64,000 nucleotides of DNA, from the NCBI GenBank assembly GCA_965208835.1, contig OZ242358.1, positions 2,007,325 to 2,071,324 of the forward strand, read 5' to 3'. The notes beneath the pieces were generated by a model. That model was not told the DNA's origin. It was given only the letters and a program-made list of their open reading frames with translations, and ran no database searches. Positions 35,216-44,491 of the stretch are shown here, piece after piece; position 1 is the stretch's first letter, and every line of letters begins with the position of its first letter. The position numbers and the translations under genes are program-made. The DNA comes from Candidatus Latescibacterota bacterium. GTDB taxonomy: Bacteria > Latescibacterota > UBA2968 > GCA-2709665.

Positions 35216-35380
35216 AGAAGCTGTATTAGAATTGCCGGTGCGTTCCCGAGCGCGAGCGAAAGGGTGTCGGTCCAGGCGGGCGAATTCGCCCCTATCTTAA
35301 TGATAAGGGTGGATTCGACCAACGCAGACCGACGCGTTTGCAGCCGCGCGAAGACCGCTGGGAATTGCAATACAGCTTCT
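35216..35380 (+). repeat. repeat family B, copy B2
   Basis: Termini are AGAAGCTGTATTAGAATT ... GAATTGCAATACAGCTTCT. Internal blocks are shared with B1/B3. It ends 23 nt before the 35404 start codon. Confidence 0.85.
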
Positions 35381-35403
35381 GAAGGAAGGAGCGGAATTTC
35401 AGA

Positions 35404-35895
35404 ATGATCCGGTGGACGTGTGTCCTGGGATTGGCGGCCTCCCTTATTGTCGGGTGCGCCCGCGAGTCCGCGGACGAGTTGTTTTCAAAAGGGGAGGCGG
35501 CGGCTCACAAGCAGGCGACCTATCCGCAGGCGGAAGTACATCTCAGAAAGTTCCTGGATTTTTATCCGGATGATCCAAGGGCAGACCTGGCGCTACACGG
35601 TCTTGCGCGCGTGCTGCTGAATCGACACAAATTCGACGAGGCCGTCGGGACTTATGAAACGCTGGTTCGGCGTTTCCCGGAAAGCCGGTACGCCGATCAG
35701 GCCCAGTTTATGATCGGGTACACCTACGACCTCCAGGGTGAATTTGAAAAAGCCCGCGAAGCTTATCAGAAGGTCATCGATATGTTCCCGAAGTCTGAAT
35801 TGAATGACGATGCCACCATTTCGATCCGGAATCTCGGTAAGCCGCCCGAGGATTGGTTTCCCGTCGATTCGACTTCGGCCGCAGGTGGAAACTGA
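35404..35895 (+). CDS. TPR-repeat lipoprotein (YbgF/BamD-like)
   Basis: 163 aa. The lipobox-like LIVGC lies in MIRWTCVLGLAASLIVGCARES. TPR-like helices include ...RYADQAQFMIGYTYDLQGEFEKAREAYQKVI. Confidence 0.75.
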   Translation: MIRWTCVLGLAASLIVGCARESADELFSKGEAAAHKQATYPQAEVHLRKFLDFYPDDPRADLALHGLARVLLNRHKFDEAVGTYETLVRRFPESRYADQAQFMIGYTYDLQGEFEKAREAYQKVIDMFPKSELNDDATISIRNLGKPPEDWFPVDSTSAAGGN

Positions 35896-36026
35896 ACCTG
35901 GGACGGATGTGACAGGTTCGGAACGAGATCCGTGCCGCCGCGCCCGACCCGACTTCACTCACCGTTGCAGGCTGTCAACAAGCCCGTGGAGCCATGGTTT
36001 CTCAACATTCTGTCAACGCAACCCGG

Positions 36027-36069
36027 CCGGACGGTATCGGTGTATTCGGAAACCGTCCGGTGTTCTTTT
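36027..36069 (+). terminator. candidate intrinsic terminator/attenuator between the TPR gene and moxR
   Basis: A perfect 9-bp stem CCGGACGGT / ACCGTCCGG (36027-36035 / 36052-36060) is followed by TGTTCTTTT. Confidence 0.5.
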
Positions 36070-36106
36070 GGAACCTGATTTTGAATCAGCTTCTTAGGAT
36101 ACAACG

Positions 36107-37102
36107 ATGACGATCGCAGCCGATATACAGCAACTGAACGATGAAGTGGAACGGGAGAGCGCGTTCGTCCAGCGCCTCACGGGCGAGGTGGGCCGGGTGA
36201 TCGTGGGTCAGCAGCCCATGGTTGAACGGCTGTTGATCGGGTTGCTGTGCAACGGCCACGTGTTGCTGGAAGGCGTGCCCGGTCTGGCAAAGACATTAAC
36301 GATCACCACGATGGCGCGGGCAATCCAGTCCTCTTTCAGCCGCATTCAGTTCACGCCCGATCTGTTGCCTGCGGACCTGATCGGCACCATGATCTACAAC
36401 CAGGCGACAGGCGAATTCGTACCGAAGAAAGGGCCTGTCTTCGCGCAACTCGTACTCGCCGACGAAGTGAACAGGGCGCCCGCCAAGGTTCAGAGCGCGA
36501 TGCTCGAGGCGATGCAGGAGCGCCAGGTGACCATCGGCGACAGGACCTTCCTCATGGACGATCCGTTTCTTGTCCTTGCCACTCAGAATCCAATAGAGCA
36601 GGAGGGAACCTATCCCCTTCCCGAGGCGCAGGTGGACCGCTTCATGATGAAGGTCCGCGTCACCTATCCGCGGCGTGAAGAGGAACGGGAGATCATCGAC
36701 CGGATGGAGGGCGGTGAACCCCCGGCCGCTAACCCCGTTGTCCGGCCTGAAGACATCATTCGGGCGCGGGGGGTCGTCGACCGGGTGTACGTCGACGATA
36801 AGATCAAGGACTACATCGTGAACCTGATGATGGCAACTCGGGATCCGGCGGCTTCAGGTATCCAGGATCTCAACGCGCTGATCGAATGTGGTTGTTCGCC
36901 GCGCGGCTCCATCTTCCTGACGCGCGCGGCAAAGGCCCACGCCTTCCTGAGGCGCCGGGGTTACGTGACGCCGGAGGACGTGAAAGCCATGGGTCTGGAC
37001 ATTCTCCGCCATCGGGTGATCGTAACGTACGAAGCCGAAGCGGAAGAGGTCGATTCAGAGGACATCGTCCGCCGGATATTCGATCACGTCGAGGTGCCCT
37101 GA
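36107..37102 (+). CDS. moxR: MoxR-family AAA+ ATPase
   Basis: 331 aa. HVLLEGVPGLAKT (Walker A), LLADEVNRA (Walker B) and ATQNPIEQEGTYPLPEAQVDRF are classical MoxR motifs. Confidence 0.9.
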   Translation: MTIAADIQQLNDEVERESAFVQRLTGEVGRVIVGQQPMVERLLIGLLCNGHVLLEGVPGLAKTLTITTMARAIQSSFSRIQFTPDLLPADLIGTMIYNQATGEFVPKKGPVFAQLVLADEVNRAPAKVQSAMLEAMQERQVTIGDRTFLMDDPFLVLATQNPIEQEGTYPLPEAQVDRFMMKVRVTYPRREEEREIIDRMEGGEPPAANPVVRPEDIIRARGVVDRVYVDDKIKDYIVNLMMATRDPAASGIQDLNALIECGCSPRGSIFLTRAAKAHAFLRRRGYVTPEDVKAMGLDILRHRVIVTYEAEAEEVDSEDIVRRIFDHVEVP

Positions 37103-37106
37103 CACG

Positions 37107-37988
37107 ATGATTCCTGCTGAAATACTCAAGAAAGTGCGTCGCATCGAACTGCGCACGCGGTACCTGGTCGACACCGTGTTCTCCGGAGAGTACCATTCCG
37201 TTTTCAAGGGGCAGGGGATGGCGTTCGCCGAAGTCCGTGAATACCAGTTGGGAGACGATATCCGGTCGATAGACTGGAACGTCACCGCCCGGATGGGACA
37301 CCCCTTCGTCAAAGTGTACGACGAAGAACGTGAGCTGACGGTGATGTTGATGGTGGACGCCAGCGCATCCGGAGATTTCGGCACGGTGTCGCAGATGAAG
37401 GGGGAAATCGGGGTCGAGATCTGCGCTCTGCTGGCATTCTCGGCCATTCAGAACAACGATCGCGTGGGCCTGATCGTCTTCACGGACGACGTGGAGGTGT
37501 TTATCCCGCCCAAAAAGGGCAGGATGCACGTGCTGCGCGTGATCCGGGAACTGTTGTACTTCAGACCCAGTCGCCGGGGTACGGACATCGGCGCGGCGTT
37601 GGACTATCTCAACCGGATCAACAAACGAAAGAGCGTAGTTTTTCTCGTCTCCGACTTTCTGGCGTCCGGCTATGAGGCCGCGTTGCGGGTGTCCGGCAAG
37701 CGACACGACCTGATTGCGGTCGTTCTCCAGGACCCGAGAGAACGTGAATTGCCCGATGTCGGTCTGGTTGAGCTGGAAGACGCCGAGACGGGACGGGAGA
37801 TGCTCGTCGATACGTCCGACCCGGAGTTTCGGTATCTCTTCAGGCAGTTGAACGACAGGGCGGAGGAACGCAGGGATCAGGTGTTCCGTTCGGTGGGCAT
37901 CGACCGCGTCGATATCCATACCGAGTCGACGTACGTGGACGCGTTGATGCGTTTCTTCAGGAAACGGGCGCAACAGATCGCGGCGTAG
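37107..37988 (+). CDS. DUF58 (vWA-like) protein, the usual MoxR partner
   Basis: 293 aa. GEYHSVFKGQGMAFAEVREYQLGDDIRSIDW is the DUF58 hallmark. It starts 4 nt after moxR. Confidence 0.85.
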   Translation: MIPAEILKKVRRIELRTRYLVDTVFSGEYHSVFKGQGMAFAEVREYQLGDDIRSIDWNVTARMGHPFVKVYDEERELTVMLMVDASASGDFGTVSQMKGEIGVEICALLAFSAIQNNDRVGLIVFTDDVEVFIPPKKGRMHVLRVIRELLYFRPSRRGTDIGAALDYLNRINKRKSVVFLVSDFLASGYEAALRVSGKRHDLIAVVLQDPRERELPDVGLVELEDAETGREMLVDTSDPEFRYLFRQLNDRAEERRDQVFRSVGIDRVDIHTESTYVDALMRFFRKRAQQIAA

Positions 37989-37998
37989 GGAGGCCGAT

Positions 37999-38934
37999 GT
38001 GATCGAAGTTGATCATTTGACCAAACAGTACGGGTCGCTGGTGGCGGTGAAGGACCTGACGTTTAATGTCGAAAAGGGAGAAGTGGTCGGATTCCTCGGT
38101 CCCAACGGCGCGGGAAAGACCACCACCATGCGTATTCTGACGTGTTTTCAGCCGGCGACGCTGGGGACCGCCCGGATCGCCGGATTCGACGTTTTCGACG
38201 AACCGATGGAGGTCAAGAGGCGCATCGGGTACCTTCCGGAGCATCCGCCGGTCTACAGCGACATGTACGTGCATTCGTATCTGGACTTTGTCGCGCAGAT
38301 AAAGGGCGTGCCGTCACATAATCGAAGGTCTCGGGTGGACAGCGCGATGGAACGATGCGGGATAACGGATCGGGCGAAACAGCTGATCGGCCAGTTGTCG
38401 AAGGGTTATCGCCAGCGGGTGGGAATCGCCCAGGCCATTCTGCACGATCCGGACGTCATTATCCTGGATGAGCCGACCATCGGACTGGACCCCAACCAGA
38501 TTCAGGAGATTCGCCGGTTAATCCGCGGACTGGGCCGCGAACACACGGTGATTCTGAGCACACACATACTGCCCGAGGTGGAAATGACCTGCGACCGCGT
38601 GATCATCATCAACAGGGGTCGGATCGCGGCCGTGGATACGCCTGAAAACCTCACGGCGAATGCGTCGGGCAACCGGCGGTATTACGTCGCGGTGTCGGGC
38701 GATTTGGATGCTGCCGCCGACGCTATCGGGGAAGTCCCGGGTGTCGTGGACGTCAGGCGCGCAAGCGAGAACCCGGCATTGGAGGTCGACGTTTCCGGCG
38801 AAACCGATATGCGCCCGGCGATTGCGTCCAGGCTGGTGGAGCGCGACCTCGGGCTGGTGGAATTAAGGCCGATTACCGCCAGACTGGAAGACATCTTCCA
38901 CGAATTGACGACAAGCGAGGAGGCGACCTCCTGA
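37999..38934 (+). CDS. ABC-2-type transporter ATP-binding protein (GldA-like)
   Basis: It has Walker A GPNGAGKTT, the signature LSKGYRQR and Walker B IILDEPT. Confidence 0.9.
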   Translation: MIEVDHLTKQYGSLVAVKDLTFNVEKGEVVGFLGPNGAGKTTTMRILTCFQPATLGTARIAGFDVFDEPMEVKRRIGYLPEHPPVYSDMYVHSYLDFVAQIKGVPSHNRRSRVDSAMERCGITDRAKQLIGQLSKGYRQRVGIAQAILHDPDVIILDEPTIGLDPNQIQEIRRLIRGLGREHTVILSTHILPEVEMTCDRVIIINRGRIAAVDTPENLTANASGNRRYYVAVSGDLDAAADAIGEVPGVVDVRRASENPALEVDVSGETDMRPAIASRLVERDLGLVELRPITARLEDIFHELTTSEEATS

Positions 38935-39710
38935 TGGGAAACATCGCCGCGGTATTCTGGAAGGAAATGCGTTCCTATTTCGGCTCGCCGATCGCCTATG
39001 TGGTTGCGACGGGGTTCCTGGTGATGATGGGATATCTCTTCCAGAACGAGGTCGTGGAGTTTCGCGCGAAGTGCCTGAATTATACGTTTCAGCATCAGGA
39101 GCATGGCGTCGATCCGCCGAACGTGAACGAGGACGTCGTTTTCCATTTTTTCCTCAGCCAGTGTCTCGTCTGGCTGGTGGTGACGCCAATGCTGACGATG
39201 AGACTGTTCGCGGAGGAGAAGGGGTCCGGGACGATCGAACTTCTGATGACGTCTCCTCTGACCACGTGGCAGATCATACTCGGCAAATTCGCTTCCTGTC
39301 TCGGCCTGTATGTCATTATCGAACTGTTGCTTCTCTCATTGATCGTTGTCGTGTCGTTCTACGGTGATTTGAACTGGGCGCGGGTACTCTCCGCATGCGC
39401 CGCGATCATGCTGCTGGGAGGATCGTTCATCAGCGTGGGCATTCTGGCCTCCTCGCTCACCGACAAGCAGATCGTCGCGGTGGTCATCGCGTTTGTCCTC
39501 CTCCTTCTGCTCTTTGTCGTGCGGTATTCGCCCGAACTCATCGGGCGCGAATGGGCAACCGTTCTGTTCTATCTTTCGCTGATCGATCACACGAGGGATA
39601 TGGCGCGCGGCGTGGTCGACAGCAGCGATGTGATCTTCTTTCTGACTTTTACATTCTTCTTTCTCTTCTTAACGCACGCCGCGCTTGAATCGCGCCGCTG
39701 GAGGCGATAG
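38934..39710 (+). CDS. ABC-2-type transporter permease (GldF-like)
   Basis: 258 aa with six hydrophobic helices. The start overlaps the ATPase stop (TGATG). Confidence 0.8.
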   Translation: MGNIAAVFWKEMRSYFGSPIAYVVATGFLVMMGYLFQNEVVEFRAKCLNYTFQHQEHGVDPPNVNEDVVFHFFLSQCLVWLVVTPMLTMRLFAEEKGSGTIELLMTSPLTTWQIILGKFASCLGLYVIIELLLLSLIVVVSFYGDLNWARVLSACAAIMLLGGSFISVGILASSLTDKQIVAVVIAFVLLLLLFVVRYSPELIGREWATVLFYLSLIDHTRDMARGVVDSSDVIFFLTFTFFFLFLTHAALESRRWRR

Positions 39711-39713
39711 AGG

Positions 39714-41078
39714 ATGATGGGAATCTTCCGTTCACGTCTGTTCAAATTCGGTTCGAGTACCATGGTTGCCGTTCTCGCGCTGCTTGCGATTGTGGTTGCG
39801 ATCAACTATCTGGCCACGCGCTATCACCAACGGATCGACGTGACCGAGGGCAGTATGCACAGCCTTTCCGATCAGACCGCGACACTGCTGGATTCGTTGA
39901 CGACGGACGTGCACGTCCTGGCCTTTTTCCACGATACCGACCCGGAAACGGCCGGATTCGTGGAGAGACTTGAAGCTTACGCATACCACTCCGGCAGGTT
40001 CACGTTTAAAATGGTTGACCCGGCGGTACATCCCGGTGAAGCCAGGCGATACGGCGTGGGCAAACCACGCATCTCGGTCGTGATGTCGGCCGAACGTGAA
40101 GAACGGATTTCGGGAACCGAGGAGAATCACCTGACGAATGCGGTGGCCAAGGTCGTCCGGAAACGCGACAAAACCGTCTACTTTTCAACGGGACATGGAG
40201 AACGGACGCTGACGGCGCCTGAAGGGGATTTCATCCGCGTCGGGCAGGCATTGAAGGAAGCGGGGTACGGGGTTCGGGACACCCTCGTCCTGGATGCGGG
40301 GAAGGGCGTGCCTGCGGATTGCGATCTGCTGATCGTGGCCGGACCGACGGTTGCATTCTCCCGGACCGAGGCGGATTCGATCCGCAACTATCTCGCCGGA
40401 GGCGGTTCCGGGTTGTTTATGTTCGACCCGGGCGGCGAAACCGGTCTCGAGTCGTTGCTCGCGGGATGGGGTATCCAGGTCAACAATGACTACGTCCTGG
40501 GATGGGGACCGGGCGACCCCTCGATGCCGGGCTCGGTCTGGTATGCGAGGCATCCGGTTACGGAGAAACACCGAAAACGCAATCTGCGGACCTTCTACAG
40601 GCTTGCGCGATCCGTCGCCTTGTTGGAAGGCACCGCCGGTATGCAGACTCACGAATTGGTGACGACGCATCCGCGCAACAGCTGGCGGGAAGAGAAGCTG
40701 CCCGACGCCTCGCCGGTCTACGATTCCGGGAAGGATCTGCAGGGCCCGGCATCCGTCGCGGTCGCCACGCTCCACAGACCGAAATTTCGCCGTTTTCCAT
40801 CCGGCGTGGGATTGCGCCACACCCGGATCGTCGTCTTTGGAGACTCTGATTTCGCGGGCAACGAGTTCTTTGACACGGTAGGCAACGGCGACCTGTTCAT
40901 GAACGCGGTGAGTTGGCTCATGGAGGAGGGAGATCTGATCTCCATCCGTCCCAAGATGTGGGCGTTCAGGGGCGTGGTCATGACGGCAGAAGACCTCTTG
41001 TGGCTTTCGTGGCTTTCCGTCGTCATCATTCCGGCCATACCCGTCGTTGTCGGCATCGGGGTCTGGCGCAGGCGCTGA
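39714..41078 (+). CDS. GldG-like ABC transport accessory protein
   Basis: 454 aa with N- and C-terminal TM helices. RIDVTEGSMHSLSDQT...VHVLAFF...FKMVDP matches the GldG-family pattern. Confidence 0.75.
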   Translation: MMGIFRSRLFKFGSSTMVAVLALLAIVVAINYLATRYHQRIDVTEGSMHSLSDQTATLLDSLTTDVHVLAFFHDTDPETAGFVERLEAYAYHSGRFTFKMVDPAVHPGEARRYGVGKPRISVVMSAEREERISGTEENHLTNAVAKVVRKRDKTVYFSTGHGERTLTAPEGDFIRVGQALKEAGYGVRDTLVLDAGKGVPADCDLLIVAGPTVAFSRTEADSIRNYLAGGGSGLFMFDPGGETGLESLLAGWGIQVNNDYVLGWGPGDPSMPGSVWYARHPVTEKHRKRNLRTFYRLARSVALLEGTAGMQTHELVTTHPRNSWREEKLPDASPVYDSGKDLQGPASVAVATLHRPKFRRFPSGVGLRHTRIVVFGDSDFAGNEFFDTVGNGDLFMNAVSWLMEEGDLISIRPKMWAFRGVVMTAEDLLWLSWLSVVIIPAIPVVVGIGVWRRR

Positions 41079-41115
41079 CGCATCGCTGCATGGGGAAATC
41101 CGACGGGAATCTTGT

Positions 41116-42534
41116 ATGAATTTAAGGACGACAGGTGGTCTTGTGCTGCTTCTGGCGGTCCTGGTCGGTTTTGTCTACTTTTACGAAATCCGGGGCGCCG
41201 ACGAACGTTACAGGGCCCGCGTCGAGGCGGGGCGTCTCCTTCATCTGGAAGAAAACGCGGTTAGCGGGCTGACGGTCCACCGGGGCGATACAACCATCGT
41301 CATGCGGAAGTCGGGAGACACGTGGCGAATTCTGCAACCTGTTGCCACCGGCGGCGACGACGGCGAAATCGTCGGATTGATCCGGACGTTGGGGGCCATG
41401 GACCTGGAGCGCGTTGTGGCGGACAGCGTCCGTATCGCGCAGGGCCAGGCCCGTCTCTCGGATTTCGGCCTCGAGAGGCCGAATCTGGCGCTGGAAATAG
41501 CGCGGGAGGACCGCGTGGACTCACTCTTCTGGGGCAATCGAAGTCCGACTGGACGGTATGGCTATGTCAGGTGGTCCGGTCATCCGGGAATACTCGCGGT
41601 GGGCGCCCCTTTCAGATTGAGAGTGGAGAAAGGGCTGTTTCAGCTGCGTGACAAGCGGGTCGCGGAATTCAATCCGGATACCGTTCGGAAAGTCGAAATT
41701 GCCACAGGCGATACCCGGGTCGTCGTGGAGAAGCTTACTGAAGCCTGGCGCCTGACGTTTCCCGTCAACGACCGCACCGACGAGGACGAGGTCCTAAAGC
41801 TGATCAACCGACTGCGGACGGCCGAATTCACGCGTGTTGTCGCGGAGGCGTCCCGGGAGCGGGTGCAATACGGGTTGGAGAATCCAACACTGACGGTAAC
41901 GATTTTTGAAGGAGACCCGGAGCGGACAAAGACCATAATGATCGGACGCAGGAAGGACGGAAGCCGGTTTCCGCCGTTTTTTGCGGCGGTTTCGGCCAGT
42001 CCCATGGTTTTTCTGGTCGATTCGACCTTCGTCGTGGATATCAGGAAAACGGCATCGGACCTGAGGTTCAAGCGTATATTTGCGTTCGATGCCTCGGGCG
42101 TCGACCGGATGAAGCTGGCGTACCGGGACCGTGTCGTGGAGTGCGTCAGGGATAGGGCCGGCGATACCTGGCAGGTGCTGCAACCGAAGCTGCACATTGT
42201 CCTGGAACATCGTATACGACATTTCTTTCGTACCATCGAACTGCTTGAAGCCGATGATTTCGTGGCCGAAGATCTGAAGTCGCCGGAGGCATTCGGATTC
42301 GATCGTCCGGCACTAGAGGTCACCGCCTGGCGGGGCGGCGCCGTTGCACAGAGACTGACTATAGGTGAAAGGGACGGCAAGGTGTACGCGCGGGGCCAAC
42401 ACCGCCCCCAGGTCGCCCGAATCGACCACAAGGTCCTGACGAAACTGAATCTTGAACTCGTGTCCGTAAGGCCCGAGGTTGCCCGCCCCGATACTATTGA
42501 ATCACCGCGTGGCGGGGCAGTGAGGATGCGATGA
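41116..42534 (+). CDS. DUF4340-like protein (commonly follows GldG-like genes)
   Basis: ATG 41116 (MNLRTTGGLVLLLAVLVGFVYFY) lies within track ORF 41047..42534. It has a single N-terminal helix and a repeated beta-rich body. The family call is made by pattern and context. Confidence 0.6.
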   Translation: MNLRTTGGLVLLLAVLVGFVYFYEIRGADERYRARVEAGRLLHLEENAVSGLTVHRGDTTIVMRKSGDTWRILQPVATGGDDGEIVGLIRTLGAMDLERVVADSVRIAQGQARLSDFGLERPNLALEIAREDRVDSLFWGNRSPTGRYGYVRWSGHPGILAVGAPFRLRVEKGLFQLRDKRVAEFNPDTVRKVEIATGDTRVVVEKLTEAWRLTFPVNDRTDEDEVLKLINRLRTAEFTRVVAEASRERVQYGLENPTLTVTIFEGDPERTKTIMIGRRKDGSRFPPFFAAVSASPMVFLVDSTFVVDIRKTASDLRFKRIFAFDASGVDRMKLAYRDRVVECVRDRAGDTWQVLQPKLHIVLEHRIRHFFRTIELLEADDFVAEDLKSPEAFGFDRPALEVTAWRGGAVAQRLTIGERDGKVYARGQHRPQVARIDHKVLTKLNLELVSVRPEVARPDTIESPRGGAVRMR

Positions 42535-42550
42535 AGGTGACCGACGGAAC

Positions 42551-43507
42551 ATGGCCCGTATTTTGATATCGCTGTGTATCGGCGCCTGCGGCGTGGTGGT
42601 CTCCTGCGTCCACGCCGGCGCCGGTGTTTCGTTCGATGCGACGGTAAGCCGGGATTCCCTTACGTTGGGCGATCCCGTTCTCCTGGAGTTGCGGATCAGG
42701 CGTGAACCGGGAGATGCCGTCGCGCTCGTGCAGAACGAGGATTTCCTCGAGCCGTTCGAGGTGCGTCGCCAGGTGCCGTCAATCGTTCGGGAGGCGCCGG
42801 GCGGTGGCGTGGAGGAGATACTGGCCTTCGAAATCGCGGTGTACCGTCTGGGTGTGATCGAAGTGCCCTCTCTGGTGCTTCAGGTGCGGACGGCCGCGGG
42901 TGACTCCGGGCTGGTCGCATCCGAGCCGATACCGGTTATGGTACGCAGCGTCATGCCCGCGGGAATGAAGGATATAAGGGACGTAAAGCCTCCGGTCGAC
43001 ATCGAGGCCAGAATACCGGAATGGTTCTGGCTCGCTGTTGCCGTTCTGGCTGGCCTCGTGGCCGCGGCAATCTGGTTTTGGTACCGGCGAAGGCGGAAGC
43101 CGGTGATCGATCCGCCACCGCCGCCGGTGCACTGGCCCGGGGAAGTCGAGAAGATTCTGCGGATGCAACTCCTGCAAAACGGCGAGTACAAACGCTTTTA
43201 CAGCCTGCTTTCCGAGGTGATGCGCCGTTACCTGGAAGATCGCGTCCGGGTGGACGCAATGGAGCGTACCACACACGAACTGGTGCAAGACCTCGAGCGG
43301 ATACCGCTCGGGCATGCGGAAGTATCGGCGCTGGACGTGCTGTTGTCGGAGGCGGATCTGGTGAAGTTCGCGAAGCTCCGTCCCCACGATGAGGTTGCCG
43401 CGAAGGCCGCGGAAAAGGTTCTGGATCTCATGCGCCGGCTCGACGCGCAGCCTCGGCCGGGTGGGGACGGGACAGTGAATGTCTCGCCGGCGGAAGTGAC
43501 GGCATGA
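42551..43507 (+). CDS. membrane protein with a BatD-like N-terminal domain fused to a DUF4381-like C-terminal half
   Basis: 318 aa with a signal-like start. The N-terminal region resembles the start of BatD (...SLTLGDPVLLELRI...). A TM helix WFWLAVAVLAGLVAAAIWFWYRRRRKP follows. The tail ...EADLVKFAKLRP is as in the DUF4381 proteins of Bat loci. Confidence 0.55.
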   Translation: MARILISLCIGACGVVVSCVHAGAGVSFDATVSRDSLTLGDPVLLELRIRREPGDAVALVQNEDFLEPFEVRRQVPSIVREAPGGGVEEILAFEIAVYRLGVIEVPSLVLQVRTAAGDSGLVASEPIPVMVRSVMPAGMKDIRDVKPPVDIEARIPEWFWLAVAVLAGLVAAAIWFWYRRRRKPVIDPPPPPVHWPGEVEKILRMQLLQNGEYKRFYSLLSEVMRRYLEDRVRVDAMERTTHELVQDLERIPLGHAEVSALDVLLSEADLVKFAKLRPHDEVAAKAAEKVLDLMRRLDAQPRPGGDGTVNVSPAEVTA

Positions 43508-44490
43508 TTGAATTCAAGGACCCGGAGTGGCTCTTCGCCCTGGTTCTGGTGCCGTTTCTGATCTATCGATACGTACGCCACCAGAGGCAGAAGCAGGGCA
43601 GCATTCGTTTTCCAGACCTGGGTCTGATCGGCCGGATTCCGCCGTCGGTCGTACTCAGGCTGCGCCACGGCCTGATTGCGTTGCGATGTCTGGCGTTGAT
43701 CCTCCTGATAATCGCGCTTGCGCGTCCGCGGTCCGGACGGGAAGGGAGAGAAATCCTGACCCGCGGAATCGATATCGTACTCGCCCTTGACGTGTCCGGC
43801 AGCATGGCTTACAAGGATTTGGACCGTCAGCGGAAGACAAGGTTGCAGGTCAGCAAGGAGGTCGTGAGCCAGTTCGTGCGCGGGCGGGTCAACGACCGGC
43901 TCGGGCTCGTCGTGTTTGCAGGTGAGAGCTATACACAGTGCCCGTTGACCCTCGACTACGGGATATTTCTCAGCTTTTTGAAGGAAGTCCGGCTCGCGGA
44001 CGATTCCTGGGACGGCACCGCCATCGGAACCGGCATTGTCACGGCGGTAAACCGCCTGCGACGGTCGGAAGCGAGCAGCCGCGTGGTTATCCTGTTGACG
44101 GACGGCGTGAATAACAGGGGAGAGGTGGACCCCGTTACGGCTGCCCGGGCGGCACAGGCCGTGGGCATACGGATCTACACGATCGGTGCGGGAAGCAGCG
44201 GCGTGATCGTGACCGGCCAGGGCCTGCTCCAGCAGCGGGTCCGGGTCGAAATCGACGAAGAGACCCTGAAGGAAGTTGCCGAAATCACCGGTGGGCGTTA
44301 TTTCCGCGCGACCAGCGAGAAGAAACTCGAGGAAATCTACCGTGCGATCGGCGAGATGGAAATGACGGAGATAAAAACACGCGACTACGTGGACTACTCC
44401 GAATTGTTCACCCTTTTCCTCTGGCCGGGTCTTGTCTTGCTGGGCGTCGAACTGATGCTGGCGAACACGAGGTTCCGGAGGATTCCATAG
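43504..44490 (+). CDS. batA: vWA-domain protein BatA
   Basis: 328 aa with two N-terminal helices. The vWA MIDAS context is DIVLALDVSGSM. The C-terminal helix fits the BatA architecture. Confidence 0.85.
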   Translation: MIEFKDPEWLFALVLVPFLIYRYVRHQRQKQGSIRFPDLGLIGRIPPSVVLRLRHGLIALRCLALILLIIALARPRSGREGREILTRGIDIVLALDVSGSMAYKDLDRQRKTRLQVSKEVVSQFVRGRVNDRLGLVVFAGESYTQCPLTLDYGIFLSFLKEVRLADDSWDGTAIGTGIVTAVNRLRRSEASSRVVILLTDGVNNRGEVDPVTAARAAQAVGIRIYTIGAGSSGVIVTGQGLLQQRVRVEIDEETLKEVAEITGGRYFRATSEKKLEEIYRAIGEMEMTEIKTRDYVDYSELFTLFLWPGLVLLGVELMLANTRFRRIP

Positions 44491-44491
44491 G

